A model generated the notes under the pieces. It searched no databases and had not been told where the DNA came from. It saw only the letters and a list, made by a program, of their open reading frames with translations. A stretch of 29,671 nucleotides of DNA, taken from contig CAMAVZ010000025.1 of NCBI GenBank assembly GCA_945861645.1, positions 1-29,671 on the forward strand, in the 5' to 3' direction. Positions 17,661 to 27,407 of this stretch are shown one piece after another. The DNA is from Opitutus sp. GAS368. Lineage in GTDB: Bacteria > Verrucomicrobiota > Verrucomicrobiia > Opitutales > Opitutaceae. Position numbers and translations under genes: made by a program. How positions within the stretch are numbered: position 1 is the stretch's first letter; each line of letters opens with the position of its first letter.

Positions 17661-20146
17661 GCGAACGTTGGCAGGTTTATAAATTTGGAGGCTCCTCCCT
17701 CGGCACATCTGGGCGTTTGCCGCGAGTGCTTGAGTTGGTGGCCGCGGCGGCGCGTCCCCTTGCGCTCGTGGTTTCGGCCCTCGGCGATAGCACTGATTGG
17801 CTGATTCTCGCTGCGCGCTCAGCGGAGGAAGGAAATATTAGCCAGGCTCGCCGCCAACTCGCGCAAGTACGTGAACTAGCCACCGCGACCGGTCGAGCGG
17901 TCCTTGATAGCCAAGGCCAAAAAGGACTGAAGCACGATTTGGAAGAAATTCTTACCCCGATTGAGCGATTACTCTCGGGGATTGAGTTAACGCGGGAATG
18001 CTCACCGCGAACGCTTGATTCAATTATCAGTGTTGGCGAACGCATCTCAGTGGCGTTGCTCGCCCGCGCGTTGGTTGAGAGAAACGTCCCAGCTATCCCC
18101 GTGGATGCGCGCGATTTTGTGGTCACGGATGCTATGCATGGCGCAGCTACGGTTGATAAAGCTGAAACGACGATCCGCTTTAACGCGCTGCAGTCGCAGT
18201 GGATCGGCCAAGTGCCGATTTTTACCGGCTTCATTGGTCGCACCAGGGATGGCCACACCACGACCCTCGGTCGCAATGGTTCTGATTATACGGCAACCCT
18301 CGTGGCGGGCTTATTAAAAGCGAGTGCCGTCACCGTCTGGACAGACGTCTTGGGCGTTATGACGGCGGATCCTGCTCTCGTGCGCGAGGCTTCGCCCGTG
18401 GATCGGTTATCGTACGATGAAGCTTTGGAACTCGCCTATTTTGGCACCCGGATGTTTCACCCGCGCACCATTATTCCGCTGCGCGAATGTGGCGCGGCGT
18501 TGGTGATTCGCAGCACGACACAGCCGGATGCTCCCGGTACGCGCATTGATGCAATGGGTAATCCCGATCCTAATCGCCCTACCTGCGTTACAAGCTTGGA
18601 GCGGCTCACTCTGCTCGGCGTACAATCACGCCGGACCGGCTTGGGCCGTCCTTTGGGCGGACGCATTTTAGCCGCACTTAACGAAGCCGGTGTTCGTGTT
18701 TGGATGACGACGGAATCTACGCTCGGCCAATCATTTTCAGTGGTCATTCCTGCCCAGGACGAAGCCGCCGCTCGGCGCAGTGTGTCGGAGGCCTTGGCGC
18801 CAGAGCTGCAGTCGGGTGATCTTCGGATCGAACCCGTGCTCTCGCCCGTGACATTGGTAACCTTGGTCGGAGAAAATATGGCCGGACGCCCTAATGTTGC
18901 CGGAAAATTCCTGAACTCCATCGGCGAAGCAGGTATTGCGGTGCGGGCGGTTGCGCAGGGGGCTTCGGCTCGGAGTATTTCATGCGTGGTGGACGCCGAC
19001 CAGACGGCCACCGCGGTGCGAACCGTACACGGGGCCTTTAATTTGGCGCACACTGAAATTAGTGCGTTTCTGCTCGGGAAGGGTGTCGTCGGCGGTAGCT
19101 TATTGAAGCAAATTGAACGGCAAAATCAGGCGTTGGGTCGCGAGCACGATGTGCAGGTGCGATTGGTCGGCATCGCCTCGAGCGGGGGCGCTTTATTTGT
19201 CGAAGATGGCCTGCCGGCTGCGACCGCCGTAACGCTTTTGCTTGCGGCGCTCAAAGGGGGCAAGGTGGTGCGAGATGTAACTTCATTATTGGAGAAACTT
19301 GCCCGGTTACCTAATCCGGTGCTGGTCGATTGTTCGGCCGCGCCCGGGATGGAGAAACTTTATCGCGCCGCCTTTGCTTTGGGCATTAATGTGGTCTCAG
19401 CTAACAAGCAGCCACTCGCTCTGCCCCAAGCTGAATGCGATACGTTGCGCGATGCGGCGCGGCGGCATTTCCGCGCGTATCATTATGAGACAACCGTGGG
19501 TGCGGCGTTACCAGTTATCGAGACGCTCAAGAATTTGGTGCGCACAGGTGATCACGTTATCACGATTGAAGGGGCCTTTTCTGGCACCTTGGGTTTTCTC
19601 TGTGACCGACTCGTGCAAGGCGATGCGCTATCGGCGGCCGTGCGTAAGGCCCGCGATTTGGGCTACACCGAGCCGCACCCACGTGATGACTTATCCGGCC
19701 TCGATGTGGCTCGTAAGGCGATCATTCTGGCCCGCGAACTTGGGTTGCAGGTGGATTTGACGGATGTGGTGCTCGAGCCATTCGTTCCGGCAGAAAATTT
19801 ACGTGAGGACGACCCCGAGAAATTCTTAGCATCGCTCACGAGCCTAGATGCCTCGGTGGCCGCACGGGTGGCCGCCTGTAAAGCGCAGGGTAAGCTGCCA
19901 CGTTATCTAGCTCGGATCACGCCCGGTGCCCTTGGGCCTAAGGTTTCCGTGGGACCTATCGAAGTTGAGGTCGCTCATCCTGCCGCCGCCTTGCGCGGGG
20001 CGGAGGCTTTTGTCGCTTTTCATACCGAACGTTATCGAGAATATCCTATGGTCGTACGTGGAGCGGGAGCTGGTGGGGAAGTCACCGCAGCTGGCGTATT
20101 GGCTGATATTTTGCGTTTGGCGCAGAATATTCGCGGCCGCCGCTAG
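17657..20146 (+). CDS. thrA: Bifunctional aspartokinase / homoserine dehydrogenase (ThrA/MetL type, two ACT domains)
   Basis: ATG 17657 overlaps the metX stop (ATGA). KFGGSS, TTLGRNGSDYTA, WTDV.GVMTADP, ACT region, GKGVVG, ANK, YETTVGAALPVI, GYTEPHPRDDLSGLDVARK and GAGAGGEVTAAGV motifs. Confidence 0.93.
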   Translation: MSERWQVYKFGGSSLGTSGRLPRVLELVAAAARPLALVVSALGDSTDWLILAARSAEEGNISQARRQLAQVRELATATGRAVLDSQGQKGLKHDLEEILTPIERLLSGIELTRECSPRTLDSIISVGERISVALLARALVERNVPAIPVDARDFVVTDAMHGAATVDKAETTIRFNALQSQWIGQVPIFTGFIGRTRDGHTTTLGRNGSDYTATLVAGLLKASAVTVWTDVLGVMTADPALVREASPVDRLSYDEALELAYFGTRMFHPRTIIPLRECGAALVIRSTTQPDAPGTRIDAMGNPDPNRPTCVTSLERLTLLGVQSRRTGLGRPLGGRILAALNEAGVRVWMTTESTLGQSFSVVIPAQDEAAARRSVSEALAPELQSGDLRIEPVLSPVTLVTLVGENMAGRPNVAGKFLNSIGEAGIAVRAVAQGASARSISCVVDADQTATAVRTVHGAFNLAHTEISAFLLGKGVVGGSLLKQIERQNQALGREHDVQVRLVGIASSGGALFVEDGLPAATAVTLLLAALKGGKVVRDVTSLLEKLARLPNPVLVDCSAAPGMEKLYRAAFALGINVVSANKQPLALPQAECDTLRDAARRHFRAYHYETTVGAALPVIETLKNLVRTGDHVITIEGAFSGTLGFLCDRLVQGDALSAAVRKARDLGYTEPHPRDDLSGLDVARKAIILARELGLQVDLTDVVLEPFVPAENLREDDPEKFLASLTSLDASVAARVAACKAQGKLPRYLARITPGALGPKVSVGPIEVEVAHPAAALRGAEAFVAFHTERYREYPMVVRGAGAGGEVTAAGVLADILRLAQNIRGRR

Positions 20147-20214
20147 GATAAGGCCGCGTACCCGACTGAGTGGGACAAATATGCTCAATTGCATAATTAA
20201 TTCTGAGACAAGTA

Positions 20215-20243
20215 TTGACAGGGTATGGGCCGATTTGCACTTT
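20215..20243 (+). promoter_or_regulatory. Putative sigma70 promoter of the ilv-leu operon
   Basis: Perfect TTGACA (20215-20220), 17-nt spacer, then CACTTT (20238-20243); AT-rich tract upstream (AATTGCATAATTAATT). Confidence 0.55.
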
Positions 20244-20254
20244 TCGCGTGTCCC

Positions 20255-20359
20255 ATGAATTCCAGCGTAACACTTATTGCGCTTATTACCGTCGTCCTAG
20301 CCATTGTGGCTACGGACCCGAATACACATGGGCGGCTCGCCAAAGCCACTAGCTCCTAA
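20255..20359 (+). CDS. Branched-chain amino acid operon leader peptide (34 aa)
   Basis: MNSSVTLIALITVVLAIVATDPNTHGRLAKATSS*. Ten of the 14 codons at positions 5-18 are Val/Leu/Ile; overlaps the antiterminator strand and precedes the terminator. Confidence 0.85.
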   Translation: MNSSVTLIALITVVLAIVATDPNTHGRLAKATSS

Positions 20360-20381
20360 GAGAAAAAAATCTCAAAATCAG

Positions 20382-20419
20382 GAAGCCGCCCACCGAAAAA
20401 GGGGCGGTTTTTTTATTTT
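20382..20419 (+). terminator. Attenuator terminator of the ilv-leu leader
   Basis: AAGCCGCCC-ACCGAAAAAG-GGGCGGTTT followed by TTTTATTTT. The 5' arm is also complementary to TGGGCGGCT (20329-20337), the antiterminator. Confidence 0.88.
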
Positions 20420-20508
20420 ACGCATATGACGCAATCCCCCCACCCGTTCCCGAACCAATCCTCGCCGTGTTGCCATAATCTCGACAATATCATCTAATCT
20501 TTACCCCC

Positions 20509-22179
20509 ATGGAATCAGGCAAACGCTATAGTCAAGTTGTCACTGACGGTCCTAGCCGAGCGCCAGCTCGGGCCATGATGAAAGCCGTCGGCTTTACCGA
20601 CGCCGACCTAAGTAAACCGTTGATTGGCATTGCCAACACTTGGACAGAAATCGGGCCCTGCAATTTCCACCTGCGCACTCTGGCTGAGCAGGTTAAGGCC
20701 GGCGTCCGCGCGGCTGGTGGCACGCCCTTGGAATTTAACACCGTCTCAATATCAGACGGGATCACGATGGGCACCGAGGGGATGAAAACCTCGCTGATCA
20801 GTCGCGAGCTAATCGCTGACTCGATTGAACTCGTGGCTCGCGGTAATAGTCTCGACGGCTTGGTTTGTCTTTCTGCCTGCGATAAAACTAATCCCGGGGT
20901 CATGATGGCGTTGGCCCGGATGGATATTCCCGGTTTGGCGCTCTACGGCGGTTCAATCAATCATGGGCACCACCAGGGTAAGTCTCTCACCATTCAAGAT
21001 GTCTTTGAGGCCGTGGGGGCTTTTAACGCCGGCAAGATCGATCAGCAAGAATTTCAAGCGATCGAAAATGCCGCCTGTCCCACGGCTGGCGCCTGCGGTG
21101 GGCAGTTCACTGCCAATACCATGGCCACTATTATGGAGGCCATTGGGATTTCGCCGGTCGGCCTTAATGGCATCCCGGCTACCGATGCAGCGAAAAACCA
21201 AGCAGCCTTTCGTTGCGGCGAACTGGTCATGGACTTAGTGCGAAAAAATTTAAAGCCGTCGCAGATCATGACGCGCCCCGCTTTCGAGAATGCCATTGCA
21301 TCGGTCGCCGCTTCCGGCGGTTCAACGAACGCCGTGCTGCATTTATTGGCGCTGGCGCGGGAGGCGAATGTGGCTTTGCAGATTGATGAATTTGATACGA
21401 TCAGTGCCCGCACTCCGACGATCGCCACCCTTAAACCCGGCGGGCTCTACACGGCAGTCGAAATGCATCAGGCTGGGGGTATTTCCCTCCTGCTTCGCCG
21501 TCTCCTCGAGGGCGGCTTGTTGCATCGGGACTGCCTCACGGTCACGGGGCGGACCATTGCGCAAGAAGTGGCGTCGGCTCCCGAGACGACTGGGCAGCAG
21601 GTCATTCGCCCCACCAACAAACCATTTAAACCAACTGGCGGACTTGTCATTCTGCACGGTAATTTGGCGGAAGAGGGCGGTGTACTCAAAGTGGCCGGTA
21701 GCGCCATAAAAAATTTCCGTGGCCCCGCCCGAGTTTTTAACAACGAGGAAGATGCCATGGCTGCGGTTAATGCGCAAAAAATTGCGCCCGGTGATGTCGT
21801 GGTGATTCGCTACGAAGGACCTAAGGGCGGCCCTGGGATGCGCGAAATGCTCGGGGTCACCGGAGCACTCGCGGGCGCGGGTATGGCTGAAACAGTCGCG
21901 CTACTCACCGATGGGCGTTTTTCCGGTGCTACGCGCGGTTTCTCGATTGGCCATGTTGCGCCCGAGGCCTTCGTGGGTGGACTCATCGCCCTCGTGCGCG
22001 AGGGCGATCCGATCAATATCGACGTGGCAACTCGACGTCTGCAACTCGACGTACCGTCCGCGGAATTAGCGGCGCGGCGGAAAAATTGGACGGCGCCCAC
22101 GCCTCGCTATTTACGCGGCGTCATGGCTAAATATGCCAATACCGTTTCCTCCGCTGCGGTCGGCGCAGTTACCAATTAA
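20509..22179 (+). CDS. ilvD: Dihydroxy-acid dehydratase
   Basis: [68 protein letters not shown] and TDGRFSG motifs. Confidence 0.97.
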   Translation: MESGKRYSQVVTDGPSRAPARAMMKAVGFTDADLSKPLIGIANTWTEIGPCNFHLRTLAEQVKAGVRAAGGTPLEFNTVSISDGITMGTEGMKTSLISRELIADSIELVARGNSLDGLVCLSACDKTNPGVMMALARMDIPGLALYGGSINHGHHQGKSLTIQDVFEAVGAFNAGKIDQQEFQAIENAACPTAGACGGQFTANTMATIMEAIGISPVGLNGIPATDAAKNQAAFRCGELVMDLVRKNLKPSQIMTRPAFENAIASVAASGGSTNAVLHLLALAREANVALQIDEFDTISARTPTIATLKPGGLYTAVEMHQAGGISLLLRRLLEGGLLHRDCLTVTGRTIAQEVASAPETTGQQVIRPTNKPFKPTGGLVILHGNLAEEGGVLKVAGSAIKNFRGPARVFNNEEDAMAAVNAQKIAPGDVVVIRYEGPKGGPGMREMLGVTGALAGAGMAETVALLTDGRFSGATRGFSIGHVAPEAFVGGLIALVREGDPINIDVATRRLQLDVPSAELAARRKNWTAPTPRYLRGVMAKYANTVSSAAVGAVTN

Positions 22180-22216
22180 GTATTTTTTATTTCTTCAAAA
22201 CTTTACCTAGCATAAT

Positions 22217-24064
22217 ATGAAACTCACTGGCGCAGAAATCATTTGGGAGTGTTTACAGAAAGAAGGGGTCGACGTCGTATTCGGTTATCCGGGTGGGGCG
22301 ATTTTACCCACCTACGATGCGATGACCAAATATCCAAAAATCCACCATGTGCTCGTGCGCCATGAACAGGGCGCTACCCACATGGCGGACGGTTATGCTC
22401 GGGCGAGCGGCAAAGTCGGCGTCGCCATCGCCACCTCCGGCCCCGGCGCGACCAACATGGTCACCGGTATCGCCACCGCGATGATGGACTCCTCGCCGAT
22501 CGTGTGCATCACCGGCCAAGTGGGTTCAAAGGCGATCGGGACTGATGCGTTTCAAGAAACTGATGTGACCGGCGTTACCTTGCCGATTACCAAGCATAAT
22601 TACCTGGTGACAAAACCCGGCGACATCGCCCGCGCTATTCGCGAGGCATTCTACATTGCTAAGAGTGGTCGTCCGGGACCGGTTTTGGTGGATATTACCA
22701 AGGACGCTCAGCAGATGACGGCGGAATTTGATTGGGAGGGTGCGGCCCCCCGCTTGCCGGGTTATCGCCCCAGCTACCATGCGCCGATGTCAGAATACGC
22801 GCGCGCCGCCGATCTGATTAATTCGGCCAAGCGTCCGCTCATTCTGGCCGGGCAGGGTATTCTTAAATCGGGCACCACCGCGGAAGTGCTCGCGCTGGCC
22901 AAGAAGGCCGGAATTCCCATCACCACCACCTTGCTCGGGATCGGCGTGATTCCCGCTTCCTCGCCCCTCAATTTGGGCATGATGGGCATGCATGGGGAAG
23001 CTTGGGTCAACCAAGCTATTCAGCAAGCCGACTTGCTGATCGCGCTCGGCATGCGCTTCGATGATCGCGTTACCGGCAACCTTAAGACTTACGCCCAGCA
23101 CGCTAAGAAAATCCACGTCGATATTGATCCGACCGAGATTAATAAAAATGTCCCGGTCGATGTTGCCTTGATCGGCGATTTGCGTGAAGTGCTCTCGCTG
23201 ATTGAACCGCAGGTTAAGAAAGCCGCGCATTCCGATTGGTGGACTTCAATTGACGCTCAACGCGGGGATGCCGCCGTACGTGACATCCAGGCTTTACCTG
23301 ATAGCGGGCATCTCTACGCGGCGCACGTCATCAATGATCTTTGGCGTCTGACTCAGAAACGTGACACGATCGTGGTCACGGATGTGGGTCAGCATCAAAT
23401 GTGGGAGGCGCAATATTATCGTCACGAAAAACCGCGCTCGCTGATTACCTCCGGTGGTTTGGGTACGATGGGCTTCGCCTTGCCGGCGGCCATCGGCGCT
23501 AAATTCGCCTGCCCAGATAAAGATGTCTGGGTTGTCGTCGGTGACGGTGGCTTTCAGATGACCTCGTGTGAATTGGCCACGGCTGAGCAGGAAGGCATCA
23601 AGGTCAATGTAGCTATTATTAATAACTCTTTCCTTGGCATGGTGCGTCAATGGCAGGAATTTTTCTACGACAAGCGCTATGCCGCTACGCCCATGACGGG
23701 CCCAGATTTCGTCAAGTTAGCGGAAGCCTATCGTCTCAAAGGGCTGCGCTGTAACCAACGCACTGACGTTAAATCCACCGTTGAAAAAACCCTCGCCGCT
23801 AAGGGTACCGTCGTCATCGATTTCGTCGTGGAGAAAGAAGACTCGGTCTTCCCCATGGTCCCCGCGGGGGCCGATCTGGATAAAATGATCCGCCGGCCCA
23901 AGCAGGATGTGATGCTGGAATCGGGCTCAGACCAAGACTGGGAAATGCCGGCCGCTTCGGCCGCTCCCGTAGAAACAAGCGCCCCGGCCCGCGGCCGTGG
24001 TAAAACTTTGCCGACTGCTAAAAAAGCAACCCGGCCCGCTCCGCGTAAATCTCCTCGCCGTTAA
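22217..24064 (+). CDS. ilvB: Acetolactate synthase large subunit (biosynthetic), with basic C-terminal extension
   Basis: FGYPGGAILP, RHEQGA, TSGPGATN, GMMGMHG, RFDDRVTG, TDVGQHQMW, SGGLGTMGF and the GDGGFQM..NN ThDP motif. Confidence 0.97.
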   Translation: MKLTGAEIIWECLQKEGVDVVFGYPGGAILPTYDAMTKYPKIHHVLVRHEQGATHMADGYARASGKVGVAIATSGPGATNMVTGIATAMMDSSPIVCITGQVGSKAIGTDAFQETDVTGVTLPITKHNYLVTKPGDIARAIREAFYIAKSGRPGPVLVDITKDAQQMTAEFDWEGAAPRLPGYRPSYHAPMSEYARAADLINSAKRPLILAGQGILKSGTTAEVLALAKKAGIPITTTLLGIGVIPASSPLNLGMMGMHGEAWVNQAIQQADLLIALGMRFDDRVTGNLKTYAQHAKKIHVDIDPTEINKNVPVDVALIGDLREVLSLIEPQVKKAAHSDWWTSIDAQRGDAAVRDIQALPDSGHLYAAHVINDLWRLTQKRDTIVVTDVGQHQMWEAQYYRHEKPRSLITSGGLGTMGFALPAAIGAKFACPDKDVWVVVGDGGFQMTSCELATAEQEGIKVNVAIINNSFLGMVRQWQEFFYDKRYAATPMTGPDFVKLAEAYRLKGLRCNQRTDVKSTVEKTLAAKGTVVIDFVVEKEDSVFPMVPAGADLDKMIRRPKQDVMLESGSDQDWEMPAASAAPVETSAPARGRGKTLPTAKKATRPAPRKSPRR

Positions 24065-24076
24065 ACTTATCCTCTC

Positions 24077-24643
24077 ATGGCTAAACATACTCTCATCGCT
24101 TACGTGGAAGACGTCCCCGGCGTCCTCAATCGCGTCTCCTCCCTCTTTCGGCGGCGCAATTTCAACATCGATTCCCTGACCGTTGGTCGGACCGAGCAGG
24201 TGGGTGTTTCGCGCCTGACCGTGGTGGTTGAGGCGACCGATGCGGGCGCGCGCATCGTCGAGGCAAATCTCTACAAGCTCGTCAATGTCCTGCGGGTTGA
24301 CGATCTGACCCACAAATCAGCGCTCATGCGCGAACTCGGCCTCGTGAAGGTCAAGGTCACTCCGCAGACTCGCGCGCAAGTGCTCCAGCTCGTCGAGGTC
24401 TTCCGCGCTCGCGTGGTGGATGTTGATGAAGAAACGCTCGTCATTGAAGTAACCGGCACGCCCGAGAAAATCGGAAAATTCGAACTCGTGCTCCGGCCTT
24501 ACGGCATTGTCGAGATTGTGCGCACGGGCGCGGTGGCGATGGCTCGTGGCAGCGCATTGCTGTCGTCGGCACCGCCGCTGGTTCGCACCGATACTTCAGC
24601 GGATCATGGCAACAATGACTCCGGTCTTTCGATGTCAGTTTAA
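24077..24643 (+). CDS. ilvN: Acetolactate synthase small regulatory subunit
   Basis: VED.PGVLNRVSSLFRRRNFNIDSL ACT domain, REL.LVKV, FRARVVDV and EIVRTG. Confidence 0.95.
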   Translation: MAKHTLIAYVEDVPGVLNRVSSLFRRRNFNIDSLTVGRTEQVGVSRLTVVVEATDAGARIVEANLYKLVNVLRVDDLTHKSALMRELGLVKVKVTPQTRAQVLQLVEVFRARVVDVDEETLVIEVTGTPEKIGKFELVLRPYGIVEIVRTGAVAMARGSALLSSAPPLVRTDTSADHGNNDSGLSMSV

Positions 24644-24686
24644 TTTATCTCTAACGCTTACCTCTTAATTCTCAGTTTCTACTACC

Positions 24687-25697
24687 ATGGCTAAAATATA
24701 CTACGACAAAGACGCAAACCTCTCACTCATCCGCCGTAAAAAAGTCGCGATCATCGGCTACGGCTCTCAGGGCCATGCCCATGCCCTCAATTTAAAAGAG
24801 AGTGGGGTGCAGGTGCGCGTGGGTCTTGCGCTCAAAAGCAAGTCGGTGGCTAAGGCCAAAAAAGCCGGTCTCACCGTGTGCTCGGTGGAGGCCGCTGCGC
24901 AGTGGGCTGACGTCATCATGGTGCTGGTGCCGGATCATATCCAAGCCCGCCTCTACCGCGAATCGATTGCTCCGCACCTCACGGCGGGTAAGATGCTGAT
25001 GTTCGCGCACGGCTTTAATATTCGCTTTGGGGGAATCGTTCCGCCGAAGAATGTCGATGTCACGATGATCGCGCCCAAGTCGCCCGGCCATCGCGTGCGG
25101 GAAGTTTTCCAAGAGGGCGGCGGCGTCCCCGGCCTTATCGCAGTTTATCAAAATCCAACCGGGCAAGCCAAAAAATTGGCGTTATCCTACGGTCGCGGCA
25201 TCGGCTGCACCCGCGCGGGGGTGCTGCAGACAACCTTTACCGAAGAGACCGAGACCGATTTGTTCGGCGAGCAAGCGGTGTTGTGTGGCGGTTGCGCTGA
25301 GCTGGTTAAGGCCGGCTTCAAGACGCTCGTCGACGCCGGGTATCAACCTGAGATCGCGTACTTTGAGTGCATGCATGAACTGAAGCTTATCGTTGATCTC
25401 ATGTATCGTGGCGGCCTCAACTATATGCGCTATTCCGTCTCGGACACAGCGGAATGGGGCGACTACGTCTCCGGTCCGCGCGTCGTGACCAAACAGACGC
25501 AGCAAGAAATGAAGCGTATCCTGAAAGATATTCAGCAGGGCAAATTCGCCAAGCGCTTCATTGACGAAAATAATAAGTACGGGCGCAAGACCATGAATAA
25601 ATTCCGTAATCAAGAACGCGGACAAAAGATCGAGGTCGTCGGCGCCAAGCTCCGAGCCATGATGCCGTTTCTTAATCCCATCACGATTAGCAAATGA
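24687..25697 (+). CDS. ilvC: Ketol-acid reductoisomerase (class I)
   Basis: [62 protein letters not shown] and [10 protein letters not shown]. Confidence 0.98.
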   Translation: MAKIYYDKDANLSLIRRKKVAIIGYGSQGHAHALNLKESGVQVRVGLALKSKSVAKAKKAGLTVCSVEAAAQWADVIMVLVPDHIQARLYRESIAPHLTAGKMLMFAHGFNIRFGGIVPPKNVDVTMIAPKSPGHRVREVFQEGGGVPGLIAVYQNPTGQAKKLALSYGRGIGCTRAGVLQTTFTEETETDLFGEQAVLCGGCAELVKAGFKTLVDAGYQPEIAYFECMHELKLIVDLMYRGGLNYMRYSVSDTAEWGDYVSGPRVVTKQTQQEMKRILKDIQQGKFAKRFIDENNKYGRKTMNKFRNQERGQKIEVVGAKLRAMMPFLNPITISK

Positions 25698-25719
25698 GTC
25701 AGCCGTAACTGCTCGCACC

Positions 25720-25780
25720 GGTAAGCCTGCCGCTCGTTCGTCGGCCTTTTAGGGGCCTGGTGAAACCGGACAGGCTTACC
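25720..25780 (+). other. Intercistronic branched stem-loop between ilvC and leuA
   Basis: Perfect 10-bp inverted repeat GGTAAGCCTG / CAGGCTTACC enclosing internal hairpins, followed by TTTAATTTT. Confidence 0.55.
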
Positions 25781-25802
25781 TTTAATTTTAATTCTCACAT
25801 TC

Positions 25803-27407
25803 ATGTCTGACTACGTTCGCATTTTCGACACCAGTCTGCGCGACGGCGAGCAAGCCCCAGGTGCGTCCATGACTTCAGCTGAAAAGCTGGAAGTGGCGCG
25901 GGCGCTTGCGCGGTTGGGGGTAGATGTGATCGAGGCGGGTTTTCCGGCGGCCTCCCCAGATGATTTGGCTGCGGTCCAAGCGATTGCGGCTGAAGTCGGA
26001 CAAGTGGCGGCGGCCGGTCGTCCCCAAAAAAAACCACCGATTATCTGCGGGCTCGCTCGTTGCACCCGCAAAGATATTGAGGCGGCTTGGCAGGGCGTTA
26101 AAGGGGCGCAGCGCCCGCGTATTCATACGTTCCTCGCCACCAGTGATATTCATCTGGAACATAAGCTGCGGATGTCACGCGCGGAGATGCTAGCTCGTGC
26201 GGTCGAGATGGTCGCTTTTGCTAAATCGCTGTGCGCCGATATCGAATTTTCGCCCGAGGATGCGGGGCGGAGCGATCCGTTATTTTTGTATCAAGTGCTC
26301 GAGGCGGTGATCAAAGCAGGGGCGACTACTCTTAATATTCCTGATACCGTGGGCTACACGATGCCCGATGAATATGGCGCTTTGATCGCGGGCATCATTC
26401 AGCATACCCCCGGGGCGAAAAATGTAATCATTTCAGTGCACTGTCATGATGATCTTGGTTTGGCCGTGGCTAATTCACTCGCGGGTCTTCGGGCCGGGGC
26501 GCGCCAAGCCGAAGTTACCATTAATGGCATCGGCGAGCGCGCCGGTAATGCCGCGTTGGAGGAAGTCGTAATGGCAATTCGGACCCGCGGCGAAAAATTT
26601 GGCTTAGCCACGGGCATCGATAGCACCCAACTTTGCCGCACGAGCAAGCTGGTCTCGCATAGCACTAATTATCCCTTGCCGCCTAATAAAGCCATCGTGG
26701 GAGCCAATGCCTTCGCGCATGAATCAGGTATCCACCAAGATGGGATGATTAAAAATGCGCAGACCTATGAAATTATGCGCCCCGAGGATGTGGGGGCGGT
26801 GCAGACCACGCTCGTTTTGGGCAAGCATTCCGGTCGCGCGGCCTTTTCAAAACGACTGGCCGAACTCGGCTATGCCCTCGAGGGCGACGCTTTGCTCAAG
26901 GCCTTTAATGAATTTAAGAAGCTCGCTGATCGTAAAAAGGCGGTGCATGACGCTGATCTGATCGCGCTGGCCTCCGATGAGCGCGCGACCGTCCCCGAGC
27001 TCTGGGCCTTAGAAAATCTTCAAGTCGTGTGCGGCACGACGAGCGTTCCTACCGCGACGGTGCGCTTGCGTGATCCTGCTGGTAAAATTCATAACTACGC
27101 TGCCAGCGGAACGGGTCCCGTCGATGCGGCCTATAAAGCGATCGATGCGATTGTTAAACTCCCAGTCACTTTACTTGAGTTTGGCATTAACGGCGTCACG
27201 GAGGGCATCGATGCCCTCGCCGAGGCTTCGGTGCGCGTGCGGCATGAAGATCAGCGCTCGAGTCATGGTCACGGTGCCGATACCGATATCGTAGTGGCTA
27301 GCGCAAAGGCTTATATCGCTTCATTGAACCAAGTGCTTTCCCGTCAAGCTACGCGTCGAGCTCAGCATCCTCAACAAACCCCCACCGTTTCAATTCATTC
27401 TCCATGA
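25803..27407 (+). CDS. leuA: 2-isopropylmalate synthase
   Basis: [59 protein letters not shown] and GKHSGR; regulatory domain with GPVDA and [11 protein letters not shown]. Confidence 0.96.
   Translation: MSDYVRIFDTSLRDGEQAPGASMTSAEKLEVARALARLGVDVIEAGFPAASPDDLAAVQAIAAEVGQVAAAGRPQKKPPIICGLARCTRKDIEAAWQGVKGAQRPRIHTFLATSDIHLEHKLRMSRAEMLARAVEMVAFAKSLCADIEFSPEDAGRSDPLFLYQVLEAVIKAGATTLNIPDTVGYTMPDEYGALIAGIIQHTPGAKNVIISVHCHDDLGLAVANSLAGLRAGARQAEVTINGIGERAGNAALEEVVMAIRTRGEKFGLATGIDSTQLCRTSKLVSHSTNYPLPPNKAIVGANAFAHESGIHQDGMIKNAQTYEIMRPEDVGAVQTTLVLGKHSGRAAFSKRLAELGYALEGDALLKAFNEFKKLADRKKAVHDADLIALASDERATVPELWALENLQVVCGTTSVPTATVRLRDPAGKIHNYAASGTGPVDAAYKAIDAIVKLPVTLLEFGINGVTEGIDALAEASVRVRHEDQRSSHGHGADTDIVVASAKAYIASLNQVLSRQATRRAQHPQQTPTVSIHSP

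Noticed and set aside
25755..25770. Hammerhead-like words CTGGTGA / GAAAC in the ilvC-leuA spacer
   Set aside because: Not CUGANGA, and no stem II separates the two motifs, so the topology does not fit.
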